From the IMG/VR virus record IMGVR_UViG_3300034815_000027, positions 1 to 54,389 of that record: 54,389 nt of DNA. The stretch is one strand, 5' to 3'. Both the position numbers and the translations under genes were made by a program. Under the pieces are notes generated by a model. It worked only from the letters and a program-made list of their open reading frames with translations. It ran no database searches and had not been told where the DNA came from. This document shows positions 1 to 8,398 of this stretch, piece by piece; the stretch's first letter is position 1, and every line of letters starts with the position of its first letter. The DNA is from a virus (Duplodnaviria; Caudoviricetes).

Positions 1-190
1 CGGGCCGCTGCTTGCGACGCTGCTTGCGACGCTGCTGACGCTGCTGACGCCGCTCGGGCCGCTGCTTGCGACGCCGCTTGGGCCGCTGCTTGCGACGCCG
101 CTGGGGCCGCTGCTTGGGACGCTGCTTGCGACGCTGCTGACGCTGCTGACGCTGCTGACGCCGCTCGGGACGTTGCTTGGGCCGCGGCTC
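1..190 (+). repeat. Imperfect 9/12-bp coding tandem repeats (GCTGCTGAC, GCTGCTTGCGAC)
   Basis: Directly visible repeat units encoding AAD, AACD and AAWA. Confidence 0.9.
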
Positions 191-285
191 TCGCGTGGCT
201 CGTGAAAGACAAAATCAGCGACGAGCAATTCCGCACGCTTACCGAAGCATGGTACGCAGTCATCAAAGACGAGGAGGAAACATGA
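1..285 (+). CDS. Ala-rich low-complexity repeat protein, 5' truncated
   Basis: Frame 1 is open from base 1 (RAAACDAACDAADAA...AWLVKDKISDEQFRTLTEAWYAVIKDEEET*). Its TGA overlaps the next ATG (ATGA 282-285). Not in the ORF track. Confidence 0.8.
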   Translation, partial: RAAACDAACDAADAADAARAAACDAAWAAACDAAGAAAWDAACDAADAADAADAARDVAWAAALAWLVKDKISDEQFRTLTEAWYAVIKDEEET

Positions 286-458
286 GTACCCACTACATAC
301 ACATCAATTGCCCGCGCTGCGATAAAACAGAATCCGTCTATACGGGAAGTCAAGACACCGAAGATTTCGATGACAGTGATTGGGAAGGAAGTTTCATCTA
401 CACCGACTGCATCGAGTGCAAGGGGAACAATCTGGCTGTTCTTGGGGAGGTGGAGTGA
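282..458 (+). CDS. Small zinc-ribbon protein
   Basis: GAGGAGG RBS, ATG at 282, CxxC...CxxC (CPRC, CIEC). Confidence 0.7.
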   Translation: MSTHYIHINCPRCDKTESVYTGSQDTEDFDDSDWEGSFIYTDCIECKGNNLAVLGEVE

Positions 459-535
459 TGGAACACGACGAGTTCTGTCCTCGCGCAACCTGCGATGGCG
501 GCGGTTGTCCCGACTGTACGGAGGAAGATGTATGA
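458..535 (+). CDS. 25-aa Cys-rich peptide (MEHDEFCPRATCDGGGCPDCTEEDV)
   Basis: GGAGG RBS, TGATG overlap upstream and ATGA overlap downstream. Confidence 0.55.
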   Translation: MEHDEFCPRATCDGGGCPDCTEEDV

Positions 536-825
536 ACAATCCAACCGCAACCCATGTGCTGTACGTAACAATCCCCGTCCCGATTGAGGCAACACCGGAT
601 ACCACGCCACAGGATGCCGTCCGAATGGCCCTACAGGGCATCCGTGAGGGCCTAACGGGCGGTGTAGTTAGTGCTGTAGCGGTGTCACATATCAAGGTCG
701 TACCGTTGCGCCACGGGCTTCACGCGGTCCCGTCACCGGAACTGTTCGACCAAGACGCACCGATCAACTACATCCTTACCGACAAAGCGTACGATAATCT
801 GACAGAAGGAGACGACTATGCATGA
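532..825 (+). CDS. Hypothetical protein
   Basis: GGAGG RBS before ATG 532, coupled to neighbours. Confidence 0.65.
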   Translation: MNNPTATHVLYVTIPVPIEATPDTTPQDAVRMALQGIREGLTGGVVSAVAVSHIKVVPLRHGLHAVPSPELFDQDAPINYILTDKAYDNLTEGDDYA

Positions 826-1069
826 CATGTTCAAGGGCCTAAACGTTGGCGACAAGATTCGTGTAGACTACGAGGAGGGTGCAATCGAGGGCACCTTCTC
901 AATCTTCGAGTCCTCCGCTCCTGTCGCCTACGGTGTCCCGGTGGTAAACACCAGCGGTTGCTCGCGCAGGCTCTACAACTGCGACGCGGTGGTCAAGGTG
1001 ACCGTGCTCGAAAAGGCGGGCACCGTCAAAAACATTGAAGTCGTCTACGAAGCGCCGGAGGCACCGTGA
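818..1069 (+). CDS. Hypothetical protein, homolog of 44384-44746
   Basis: AAGGAG RBS. GDKIRVDYEEGAIEGTF matches GDKIRVEYADGAVEGVF. Confidence 0.7.
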   Translation: MHDMFKGLNVGDKIRVDYEEGAIEGTFSIFESSAPVAYGVPVVNTSGCSRRLYNCDAVVKVTVLEKAGTVKNIEVVYEAPEAP

Positions 1070-1455
1070 GCGACGACATGCCACACAAGCGGCGCACGAT
1101 AAGGCCCCCATCAAACTCCTACAGCATCGACGCGACCGCAAACATTAGGCCACGATTCATCGACGGCTGGCCGACAAAGGCCGCATGTCACGGAAGGTGG
1201 GATGAGTTCGACGGAGTGCGAAAGGAGACGCGCGCGGTCTGCTGGAACGAGTGCACTGTACGCAAGGAGTGTCTTGCATCGTCTCTCGCTTTCGAAAAGG
1301 AGATGGAGAGCCGACCGCAGGGAGCCGACCACGAGTTCGGTTCCGGTACGGGAAGGCGGTATTGGAGACACGGAACTAGAGGCGGCTACAAGCCGGGGGA
1401 GCGTGCTAGGATTGCTGCCGAACTAGCGAGGGGAGCCGACATGACCGCATACTGA
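1066..1455 (+). CDS. whiB: WhiB-family transcription regulator (divergent)
   Basis: W..KAAC, C-x3-C-x5-CL and a G.RGG...ER turn motif. Confidence 0.75.
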   Translation: MSDDMPHKRRTIRPPSNSYSIDATANIRPRFIDGWPTKAACHGRWDEFDGVRKETRAVCWNECTVRKECLASSLAFEKEMESRPQGADHEFGSGTGRRYWRHGTRGGYKPGERARIAAELARGADMTAY

Positions 1456-1492
1456 GTGTACCACATAGCACCACCACACCAAGCAATTCACT

Positions 1493-1533
1493 GGCCCTTC
1501 ACTGTGGGATTATCCCACGGTGGGGGGCCTTTT
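1493..1533 (+). terminator. Intrinsic terminator
   Basis: Long stem ggcccttcactgtggga / tcccacggtggggggcc followed by TTTT. Confidence 0.75.
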
Positions 1534-1566
1534 GCGCGCCCTCGAGAAAACGCCTTTTAGAAATGC

Positions 1567-1595
1567 TTGGGATATTGCGGTCGGTGTGCTACACT
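1567..1595 (+). promoter_or_regulatory. SigA-type promoter
   Basis: TTGGGA-N17-TACACT with a TGn extension, just after a terminator and upstream of the replication operon. Confidence 0.55.
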
Positions 1596-1686
1596 TGAAA
1601 TAACAACAACAACTAACAACCGACGAACATACCCGACCCCGGAGGGGGAGGGGGTGTGAGGAGGTTGTTGTAACGGAGAGTCATAC

Positions 1687-2538
1687 ATGACAGTGAAGAT
1701 CAATGGGTACCCCCTCCCGGGCCACCTCTCGTATTCGGCACTCACCACGTACCAGTCCTGTGGGCAGAAGTATTACCTGAGCCGCATCGAGAAGCGTGCC
1801 GAGGTTCCCGCATGGTGGTTCGCTGGCGGTAACGCCGTCCACAGTGCGACGGAAGAAATCGACAGGCTGTATCCGAGTGTAGCGGAACTCACCGCTGCGG
1901 CCAAGGATATCTCCGACACAAACTTTTTCCTTGACGCGTTCGCCTATCATGTTGCGGAGACGCTGGATGATGTTGGTGAGGATGTGCCGGTGGGTTGGCG
2001 TTCTGGTGGTCGAGCCACGAAGGCGTTTCCCGATAAAGAGAATGATGACTGGTGGATTGCGAACGGTCCGGGTATGGTCCGTAATTGGATCAACTGGCGC
2101 ATCGGGTGCGGCTGGGATCTTGCCGTGTTTGACGGGTTGCCTGCTATCGAACTCGGGTTCGACTTTGCTCTCGGTGAGGGGGAGGACGAGTTTGCGGTTC
2201 GCATGTTTTTGGATCGCCTGTTTGTGACATCGGATGGGCAACTGGTTCTTGTTGATTTGAAGAGTGGCGCGTCTACTCCGAAGGATAATCTTCAACTTGG
2301 AATGTATGCGTATGGGGCTGAGAAATGCTTGGGAATCCGGCCCGCGTATGGTACATTTTGGAAAGCAAGAGACGGTATCACAACGCAGTTGGTCGATCTT
2401 GAGCCGCTGTCGAGTGAGCGAGTGGAGTCCATTGTGGTGGGTTTCGACAAACTGCGGAAGCAGGGCATTTTCCTTCCGAACTTGAGTGAGTGCGGTTGGT
2501 GTGGTTTCAAGGATACGTGCGAATGGGGTAAGGTATGA
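1687..2538 (+). CDS. PD-(D/E)XK (RecB/Cas4-like) exonuclease
   Basis: HLSYS..TY..CG.KY, G.AVH, LDRL...LVDLKSG, QL..YA and C-terminal C-x2-C-x5-C. Confidence 0.88.
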   Translation: MTVKINGYPLPGHLSYSALTTYQSCGQKYYLSRIEKRAEVPAWWFAGGNAVHSATEEIDRLYPSVAELTAAAKDISDTNFFLDAFAYHVAETLDDVGEDVPVGWRSGGRATKAFPDKENDDWWIANGPGMVRNWINWRIGCGWDLAVFDGLPAIELGFDFALGEGEDEFAVRMFLDRLFVTSDGQLVLVDLKSGASTPKDNLQLGMYAYGAEKCLGIRPAYGTFWKARDGITTQLVDLEPLSSERVESIVVGFDKLRKQGIFLPNLSECGWCGFKDTCEWGKV

Positions 2539-3020
2539 CAGAGGCAAGGTTTTCTTTCACAACGAAGATCGGCAACGATCTGTTCACGGTCAGGGGTGAC
2601 ACGTTCGATGAGTTCCAGTCTAATGCGATCGCTGCAGGCGCGGTGCAGGGCATCGGTGTGCTCCTTGCGGCTCTCAATGGTGAACTGTATCCTGCGGCTA
2701 CTGCTTTGGCCACAGCGAATGTTGCTGCGGGCCTCGGTGCACAGCCCGTCCAACCGTCGTATCCGAATGGTGCGGCACCGGGTGACCCGTTTGGAGGATC
2801 GTTTACTCCGCAGCAAGGGTACACTCCTAGCGCAGCAACGCCACCTCCGGTGACTGCTGGCACGAAGACGTGTCAGCACGGCCAGATGGTGAAGCGTACA
2901 GGTGTTGGCGCTAAGGGCGAGTGGCGTGCATGGTTCTGCCCCACCCCGAAGGGCACTGAGGGTCAGTGTTCCCCTGCTTTCGCAGATAAGCGCAATCCCT
3001 CGGAGTGGAACGCCTTCTAA
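2535..3020 (+). CDS. Conserved-type phage protein with C-terminal Cys/His zinc motif (possible ssDNA-binding role)
   Basis: Pro/Ala linker followed by C.HG.M..R.G...W.AWFCP...QC, directly after the nuclease. Confidence 0.6.
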   Translation: MTEARFSFTTKIGNDLFTVRGDTFDEFQSNAIAAGAVQGIGVLLAALNGELYPAATALATANVAAGLGAQPVQPSYPNGAAPGDPFGGSFTPQQGYTPSAATPPPVTAGTKTCQHGQMVKRTGVGAKGEWRAWFCPTPKGTEGQCSPAFADKRNPSEWNAF

Positions 3021-3540
3021 CAACTGAATCCCGTCACTCTTTCCGGACGTGACGGATGCTCGAGGTGGATGCTCCTTTGCTACCCACGCTATAGCCCTCG
3101 AGAGCCTGCGGTGGACAGACCCCGGGGATCGCTTAGGCGTTGCCCGTGGTAGGTGATGCTAAACGATGCACACCGACTCCACGAAAGCCACGCGGCAGGC
3201 ACCTTAACGAAGCGTGCAGCACTGAACATGGTGTACGCTCAGTTCGTACCGAAAATTTCGCCGTGGGCGCATCATGCTAGGGGTTCAGCCCGATGCGGCT
3301 CTGCAAACCCACTAGGTACGAAAGCCTGCGGCAGTCGGGGACATCCCCCGCTGCGCGGCAGGCACCAAATCTAGGCCGGTCCGCTGATGCATCCCCTATA
3401 TGACGCATCAAGACTGATACACCGTCAACTAGGAGACGAGTGTAGGGCGTCATCGGCGCTACGCCATTCGGCACCGATGGCCCGTTCCGCTGGGCGGTTT
3501 GATGGCGTGGTTCGAATCCACGACGGGCGCGTGAAACAAG
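3021..3540 (+). ncRNA. Candidate large structured non-coding RNA ending in a tRNA-like T-arm/acceptor helix
   Basis: At least eight consecutive stems, a duplicated covarying motif and a CGTGG-TTCGAAT-CCACG T-arm. No convincing CDS. Confidence 0.65.
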
Positions 3541-3547
3541 GAGACAC

Positions 3548-4024
3548 ATGAATACTGAATTGATGTTTTCGTCTAAGGACCAAACTTGGACTACACCGAA
3601 AGACTTTTTCGACAAGTGCAACGAAGAGTTCGACTTTGTCCTCGATGCCGCTGCGCTACGAGCATCCGCTCTATGCGAACAGTGGTACGGACCAGACCAT
3701 AGCGACGAATATCGACGCAACGCATTCGATAGAGACTGGTGCCTAGACGCTGCCGGTGGCTCCATCTGGTTGAATCCTCCATATGGGCGCGCAATTTCTG
3801 CATGGATGCGTAAAGCAAACGTTGAAGCGATGCGTGGTGCTACAATTGTGTGTCTCGTCCCATCCCGCACAGACACGAAATGGTTCCACAACTTCTGCAT
3901 CCATCACGAGGTTCGCTTCCTGCGCGGCAGGCTGAAGTTTGGTGGCAATGCGAACTCTGCGCCATTCCCATCGGCTCTGGTGGTCATGCGTCCAGAAACG
4001 GCCATAATCCACTACGGAGAATGA
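3548..4024 (+). CDS. Phage DNA N6-adenine methyltransferase (Dam-like family)
   Basis: W.TP, F.LDAAA, WLNPPYG, LVPSRTDTKWFH, RGRLKF and APFPS motifs. AAGGAG RBS. Confidence 0.92.
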   Translation: MNTELMFSSKDQTWTTPKDFFDKCNEEFDFVLDAAALRASALCEQWYGPDHSDEYRRNAFDRDWCLDAAGGSIWLNPPYGRAISAWMRKANVEAMRGATIVCLVPSRTDTKWFHNFCIHHEVRFLRGRLKFGGNANSAPFPSALVVMRPETAIIHYGE

Positions 4025-4806
4025 TGAAAACACTACACCGCAGCGTCGGCAAAGCAGACCTTGGGGGCGAACCCATCCCCTACGCATTCCGTGCATTCAA
4101 AGAAATGGGCATCGCCGTCAGACGTGGTGAAGTCTCCATGATCGCAGGCATTCCCGGTGCGGGCAAATCTACTTTGGCCTTAGCGATCTCACTCCGCTCC
4201 AAGGTGCCAACCCTGTACGTGTGTGCCGACACTAACGCTCACACCATCGCCACCCGCCTCTACAGCATGATTGTTGGCGTGTCGCAGAAGGACGCAGAGA
4301 TCGTGTTGGAGCATGCACCGGAACAGGCGAAGGACCGCCTGAAAGACACCAACAACATCTACTGGTGCTTCGATTCAAGCATAGATCTTTACACCATTGA
4401 TGAAGAGTTGAAAGCGTTCGAGGAACTGCGCGGGGAACCCCCACACCTTATGATCGTGGACAACCTGATTGACCTTACGGGAGGCGTTGTTGAATCCGCA
4501 GCGGCACAGGAAGCATTGCAGGCTCTCAAACTCTTCGCCCGTGAGAATAACACGGCTGTCGTGGTCCTACACCACACGAAGGAAGGGTTCGTGGGCAACC
4601 CTTGCCAGCCAATGTCCGCTGTGCAGGGCATGGTCAATCAAACGCCTGCCCTTATCCTCACGGTTGGACAGGCTGCAGGCAACATGTTCGGTGTGGCTGC
4701 CGTCAAAAATCGTTACGGTAAATCTGACAACTCGGGATCGCATCCCGTATGGCTAGAGTTTGCACCAGACTGGATGTACATGTCTGATCTACCGGAAGGA
4801 AGATGA
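4021..4806 (+). CDS. DnaB/RecA-fold replicative helicase
   Basis: Walker A GIPGAGKST, Walker B MIVDNL, VVLHH and KNRYG arginine finger. Confidence 0.88.
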   Translation: MMKTLHRSVGKADLGGEPIPYAFRAFKEMGIAVRRGEVSMIAGIPGAGKSTLALAISLRSKVPTLYVCADTNAHTIATRLYSMIVGVSQKDAEIVLEHAPEQAKDRLKDTNNIYWCFDSSIDLYTIDEELKAFEELRGEPPHLMIVDNLIDLTGGVVESAAAQEALQALKLFARENNTAVVVLHHTKEGFVGNPCQPMSAVQGMVNQTPALILTVGQAAGNMFGVAAVKNRYGKSDNSGSHPVWLEFAPDWMYMSDLPEGR

Positions 4807-5087
4807 TGCTGCGAGTAACAATTGAATTGGTTCCCGGCGGCGATGAAGACCGCGCCCATGTGATTGAACAGATGACCATTGCGAACATTAGCGATCTGGC
4901 TGACGTGTCGGATTACGACTATGCGTTTACAGAGCGCGGAAAGATTCGCTACGGTCGCAAGTATGGACACCATCGTGCAGACGGAGCATGGGATCTCGTA
5001 TGGGGCATCTTGGATATGCCAATGAGCATTTGTAATGACCCTCAGTCTTATACGCAGAAGCGTCTCGCGGAAAGGTTCTTGAAATGA
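4803..5087 (+). CDS. Hypothetical protein
   Basis: Coupled ORF with RBS. Confidence 0.65.
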   Translation: MMLRVTIELVPGGDEDRAHVIEQMTIANISDLADVSDYDYAFTERGKIRYGRKYGHHRADGAWDLVWGILDMPMSICNDPQSYTQKRLAERFLK

Positions 5088-5404
5088 GTGACACCGAATA
5101 CACGGCAGAAACCGAGGAGATGCGCCTCATCTTCAGTGAGGCCGGTGCCGGTCACTACTGGGACGTGATTGCGGAGGAGCAGGGGGAAACTTTCGACGCA
5201 TGGTTCAAGCCCTACGCCGACGCTCTCGCCGCTATCCAGCGAGTAAGGGAACTGCACGCACCGACTGGTGAAGTTGTTCGATGCCCGGATAACAAGCCCG
5301 GTTGCTGTGTCATCCATTACAGCAATCGCCGAGTCTGCTCGAACTGTTACGGCGTCTATCCCTGCACGACGATACGCGCTCTTGATGGAGAGGTGACGCC
5401 ATGA
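5084..5404 (+). CDS. Hypothetical Cys-containing protein
   Basis: Coupled ORF. AIQRVRELH.P...CxxC...YPC.T..AL motif typical of actinophage small genes. Confidence 0.7.
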   Translation: MSDTEYTAETEEMRLIFSEAGAGHYWDVIAEEQGETFDAWFKPYADALAAIQRVRELHAPTGEVVRCPDNKPGCCVIHYSNRRVCSNCYGVYPCTTIRALDGEVTP

Positions 5405-5706
5405 ACGTCTACGACTCACCTGAAGCGTTCGGCCTGACAACTGTTGCCGTGCTCGACGCCGACGTGTCGTACGAGTTTGATCGCGTCGTTCTCTGGCGCG
5501 GCCACAACACATTCTGGTGGCAGCACGACTCCGGCTGCTCATGCCCGGTGCCGTTCGAGAAGTTCAACGGGCTACCCGACCTGTGCAGCGGCAACAACTA
5601 CGCCGAGTTCGAGGCGTGGCTCCGCGACATGGAGTCGTACCACACATGGCCGCTCACGCGGGTCATGGATTTCCTGTCAACAGTTCGGAGGGCGATGCAG
5701 CCATGA
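5401..5706 (+). CDS. Hypothetical protein (DSGCSCP motif)
   Basis: GGAGAGG RBS, ATGA overlaps. Confidence 0.7.
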   Translation: MNVYDSPEAFGLTTVAVLDADVSYEFDRVVLWRGHNTFWWQHDSGCSCPVPFEKFNGLPDLCSGNNYAEFEAWLRDMESYHTWPLTRVMDFLSTVRRAMQP

Positions 5707-5930
5707 GCATCCTCATTGACGAAGCCTGCCAGTGCGGGGAACGCTTCGACCGCTGGCTTGCCGCTCACGACAAGGAAGTGTTGGAGAAGGCGGCAGAGCG
5801 TGTCGCCGCAGTCGGCCCCCGGTACAACGACTACGAAGGCATACGCGAAGGCATCTTGGAAGAGCCTGACGGATGGCTCATTGACCGCGACAGCGCGCTC
5901 ACTGCTGTCCGTGGGGAAGATGCCAAGTGA
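5703..5930 (+). CDS. Hypothetical protein
   Basis: ATG 5703 overlaps the previous stop. Corresponds to the C-terminal part of track ORF 5517-5930. Confidence 0.65.
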   Translation: MSILIDEACQCGERFDRWLAAHDKEVLEKAAERVAAVGPRYNDYEGIREGILEEPDGWLIDRDSALTAVRGEDAK

Positions 5931-6280
5931 CCACACCATCAAAGGCGAAAGGAGACCGCCATGAACGGGCAATCGCCGAATACCTTGCAAGTAAAGGCTG
6001 GAAACGGGCTGTTAGACGCGGTGGAGCAGGCGCTACGAACGATCGAGGAGACATTGATGGCATCTACGGATGTGTCATCGAGGCTAAAGACGAGAAACGT
6101 CATGATTTTTCTGGATACCTCCGAGAACTTGCCGATGAAGTTCGAAATGCGAAGGCCTCCACAGGGGTCGCCATCATCAAAAAGCGGGGAACTTCAAATG
6201 TCGGTGACTATTACGCTTTGATGACAGTGGACATGTGGGTAGACTTGATGAAGGAGGCAGGGTACGGTGACACGCGATGA
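5927..6280 (+). CDS. Holliday junction resolvase (PD-(D/E)XK, actinophage type)
   Basis: SKAKG...ER....YL...G, D.GDI.G, IEAK. Confidence 0.85.
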   Translation: MTTPSKAKGDRHERAIAEYLASKGWKRAVRRGGAGATNDRGDIDGIYGCVIEAKDEKRHDFSGYLRELADEVRNAKASTGVAIIKKRGTSNVGDYYALMTVDMWVDLMKEAGYGDTR

Positions 6281-6641
6281 CAAAGCAGACAAGCACTCCA
6301 TCGGGCCGGTCTTCGCACACTACGGTGGTGAAACTCCTCGTGCTACTAACCGTTGGGTATCTGTACGGTGTCCTTTCCACGGCGATCACACCGCATCTGC
6401 CGCAATCAATCTTGAAGAGAACGCCTTCGCCTGCTACGCATGCGACATCAAAGGCGACACGTACGCAGTAATCATGCAACACGAAGGGATCGGTTTCCGT
6501 GAGGCTTACCAGCGCGCAGAAGACCTCACTGGGGAGAGCCGCCAAATCGTACGCGGGTTCGGTGGCGCTGGCGGAAGACTATCTCGCCACTCGAGGTCTC
6601 ACCTTGGACGTAGCGCGTCGAGCCGGTTTAGGAGTCGTTGA
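6267..6641 (+). CDS. Primase zinc-binding (CHC2) subunit
   Basis: CPFHGD...SA.IN...F.CYAC...GD. Confidence 0.88.
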   Translation: MTRDDKADKHSIGPVFAHYGGETPRATNRWVSVRCPFHGDHTASAAINLEENAFACYACDIKGDTYAVIMQHEGIGFREAYQRAEDLTGESRQIVRGFGGAGGRLSRHSRSHLGRSASSRFRSR

Positions 6642-7122
6642 TGTCCCACACGAAGGACATGAAGCCATGGTGGGAAGACTGTCAATACCATACGTCACTG
6701 CGAGCGGAGTCGTGGACATACGTTTTCGTGCAATTGGTGGAGAAGAACCCAAGTACATGGGACTTGCTGGTGCAAAGACTCACATGTACAACGTGCGGGC
6801 GATTGAAGCCGCTGCCTCCACGCTATGTGTATGTGAAGGGGAACTAGATGCGATCACGCTACAGTTCGCGGTCGGCCTCATGGCGGTGGGTCTTCCCGGC
6901 GCTAATAGTTGGAAAACTCATTACCGACGCCTGCTACAGGACTTTGACAAGATCTATGTCTTCGCTGACGGGGACAAAGCGGGTCACGATTTCGCACGCC
7001 ATCTCGCTCGGGAAGTACAAGGAGTGATCGTTGTACCGATGGAAGAAGGAGAAGACGTGAATAGCACATACCTCAAGTATGGTCCGGAATATCTCAAAGA
7101 GAAGGTGAAGAATGACGAATGA
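6499..7122 (+). CDS. Primase Toprim catalytic subunit
   Basis: YL..RG, RLSIPY, KY, VCEGELDAI, DGDKAG and DVN motifs. Confidence 0.9.
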   Translation: MRLTSAQKTSLGRAAKSYAGSVALAEDYLATRGLTLDVARRAGLGVVDVPHEGHEAMVGRLSIPYVTASGVVDIRFRAIGGEEPKYMGLAGAKTHMYNVRAIEAAASTLCVCEGELDAITLQFAVGLMAVGLPGANSWKTHYRRLLQDFDKIYVFADGDKAGHDFARHLAREVQGVIVVPMEEGEDVNSTYLKYGPEYLKEKVKNDE

Positions 7123-7639
7123 TGCAGCAGGACACGCAGGATCTACTGGACATGCTACGGCAGGTCGGGCTGACGCCTGTGACTGTGAAGTTCCTAAGCC
7201 GCGAACAGCGGAATGGCGAAAGACCGTACCTACAGTACGAGATCCGCGTACTGATCCCCGAAACCTTACCATCTTGAAGCCGACGCCGAAGCCGGTGAAG
7301 AAGCCGCTCACGGTTGGCTCCTACAAGAAGATCAACGCCGATTCTCTCGGGGACCCCGCAGTGTTCACCATGAACGCGGTGAAGATTGCTGACGAGGTTG
7401 TGAAGATCGTCGCGTCGAAGCAGAAGGATTACGGCCCGAACAACATTCAGTCCAGCCCATTCGGTGCCATCAAGGGTCTCACGATCCGCCTGTACGACAA
7501 GATTGCGCGACTAGCGAACCTGTCAGAGAAGAGCAAGACGCCCGAGAATGAGTCCCTCCGTGACACGTTCATCGACATTGCGGGCTACGGTATCATCGGT
7601 TTGATGCTGCTCGACGGCACCTTCCCCAAGGAGAAGTAG
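7112..7639 (+). CDS. Nucleotide-modification-associated domain protein (DUF1599/Nmad1-like)
   Basis: KQKDYG..NI, RL.DK.ARL.NL, ESL.DT..DIAGY. Confidence 0.8.
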   Translation: MTNDAAGHAGSTGHATAGRADACDCEVPKPRTAEWRKTVPTVRDPRTDPRNLTILKPTPKPVKKPLTVGSYKKINADSLGDPAVFTMNAVKIADEVVKIVASKQKDYGPNNIQSSPFGAIKGLTIRLYDKIARLANLSEKSKTPENESLRDTFIDIAGYGIIGLMLLDGTFPKEK

Positions 7640-8398
7640 ATGCAGCGGTTCGTGGTGCTTTCTGACATGCAGTGCCCAGACGAGTCCAGACAACTAGTTC
7701 GAGCAGTACAGCAGTTCGTGAAAGACTACGAACCGGACCAATTGCTCTGCGTAGGTGACGAAGCGGACAGTCCCGAACCGTCACGATGGAACAAGGGCAC
7801 CGCAGGAGAGTACGTGGGAACGCTGCAGAAGGGTTTGGATAGGACGCATGAAGTCATCGCCGGTTTCAGGGAGGCGCTCGGAGACAAGCCCTTCCACATC
7901 CAGCGCAGCAATCACGGCGATCGGATCAGGAACTACATCAATCGATACGCTCCTGCACTCGCTTCGCTCCGTTCGCTCCACTATGAGCACCTTCTCGGAT
8001 ACGATACATTGGATGTTACGTACCACACGAACATCTACAAGTTCGCTCCCGGATGGGCCATGGCGCATGGAGACGAAGGCAATCTTATTCGCACTGCAGG
8101 AGGAACTGCTTTGTCTCTTGCGAGACGTACGGGAGTCAGTATCGTATGTGGACACACACACAGGCTCGGCATTCAGCACGAGCACAGCGCCTACAACGGC
8201 AGGTTGAACGCAAGTCTCTTCGGGGTGGAGGTGGGTCACATGATGGACCTGTCCAAAGCCTCATACTTGAAGTCGGGCGGGGCAAACTGGCAGGCTGGTT
8301 TCGGTGTGCTGTATGTGGATGGGTCGAAGGTGACGCCATACGTCATCCCCGTCGCAGGCCGATCGTTCATAGTTGAAGGACAGAAGTATTCATGGTAA
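7640..8398 (+). CDS. Calcineurin-like metallophosphoesterase
   Basis: SD.Q, GDE.D, SNH, HGD and GHTHR motifs. Confidence 0.88.
   Translation: MQRFVVLSDMQCPDESRQLVRAVQQFVKDYEPDQLLCVGDEADSPEPSRWNKGTAGEYVGTLQKGLDRTHEVIAGFREALGDKPFHIQRSNHGDRIRNYINRYAPALASLRSLHYEHLLGYDTLDVTYHTNIYKFAPGWAMAHGDEGNLIRTAGGTALSLARRTGVSIVCGHTHRLGIQHEHSAYNGRLNASLFGVEVGHMMDLSKASYLKSGGANWQAGFGVLYVDGSKVTPYVIPVAGRSFIVEGQKYSW

Noticed and set aside
1-190. Possible CRISPR array
   Set aside because: Units are 9-12 bp, in frame and have no unique spacers. The Cas4-like genes are ordinary phage nucleases with no cas operon.
1559-2334. 14-bp direct repeat AGAAATGCTTGGGA at 1559 and 2321
   Set aside because: About one such match is expected by chance in this much sequence, and the second copy is inside a coding region.
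3153-3374. 73-aa ORF in the structured region
   Set aside because: No translational coupling to neighbours and no recognisable motif. The base-pairing pattern explains the sequence better.
3480-3531. Canonical tRNA gene
   Set aside because: Too short, with no D arm or anticodon arm. Kept only as a tRNA-like element.
3021-3540. Hammerhead ribozyme or group I intron
   Set aside because: No CUGANGA core paired with GAAA, and the flanking genes are not interrupted.
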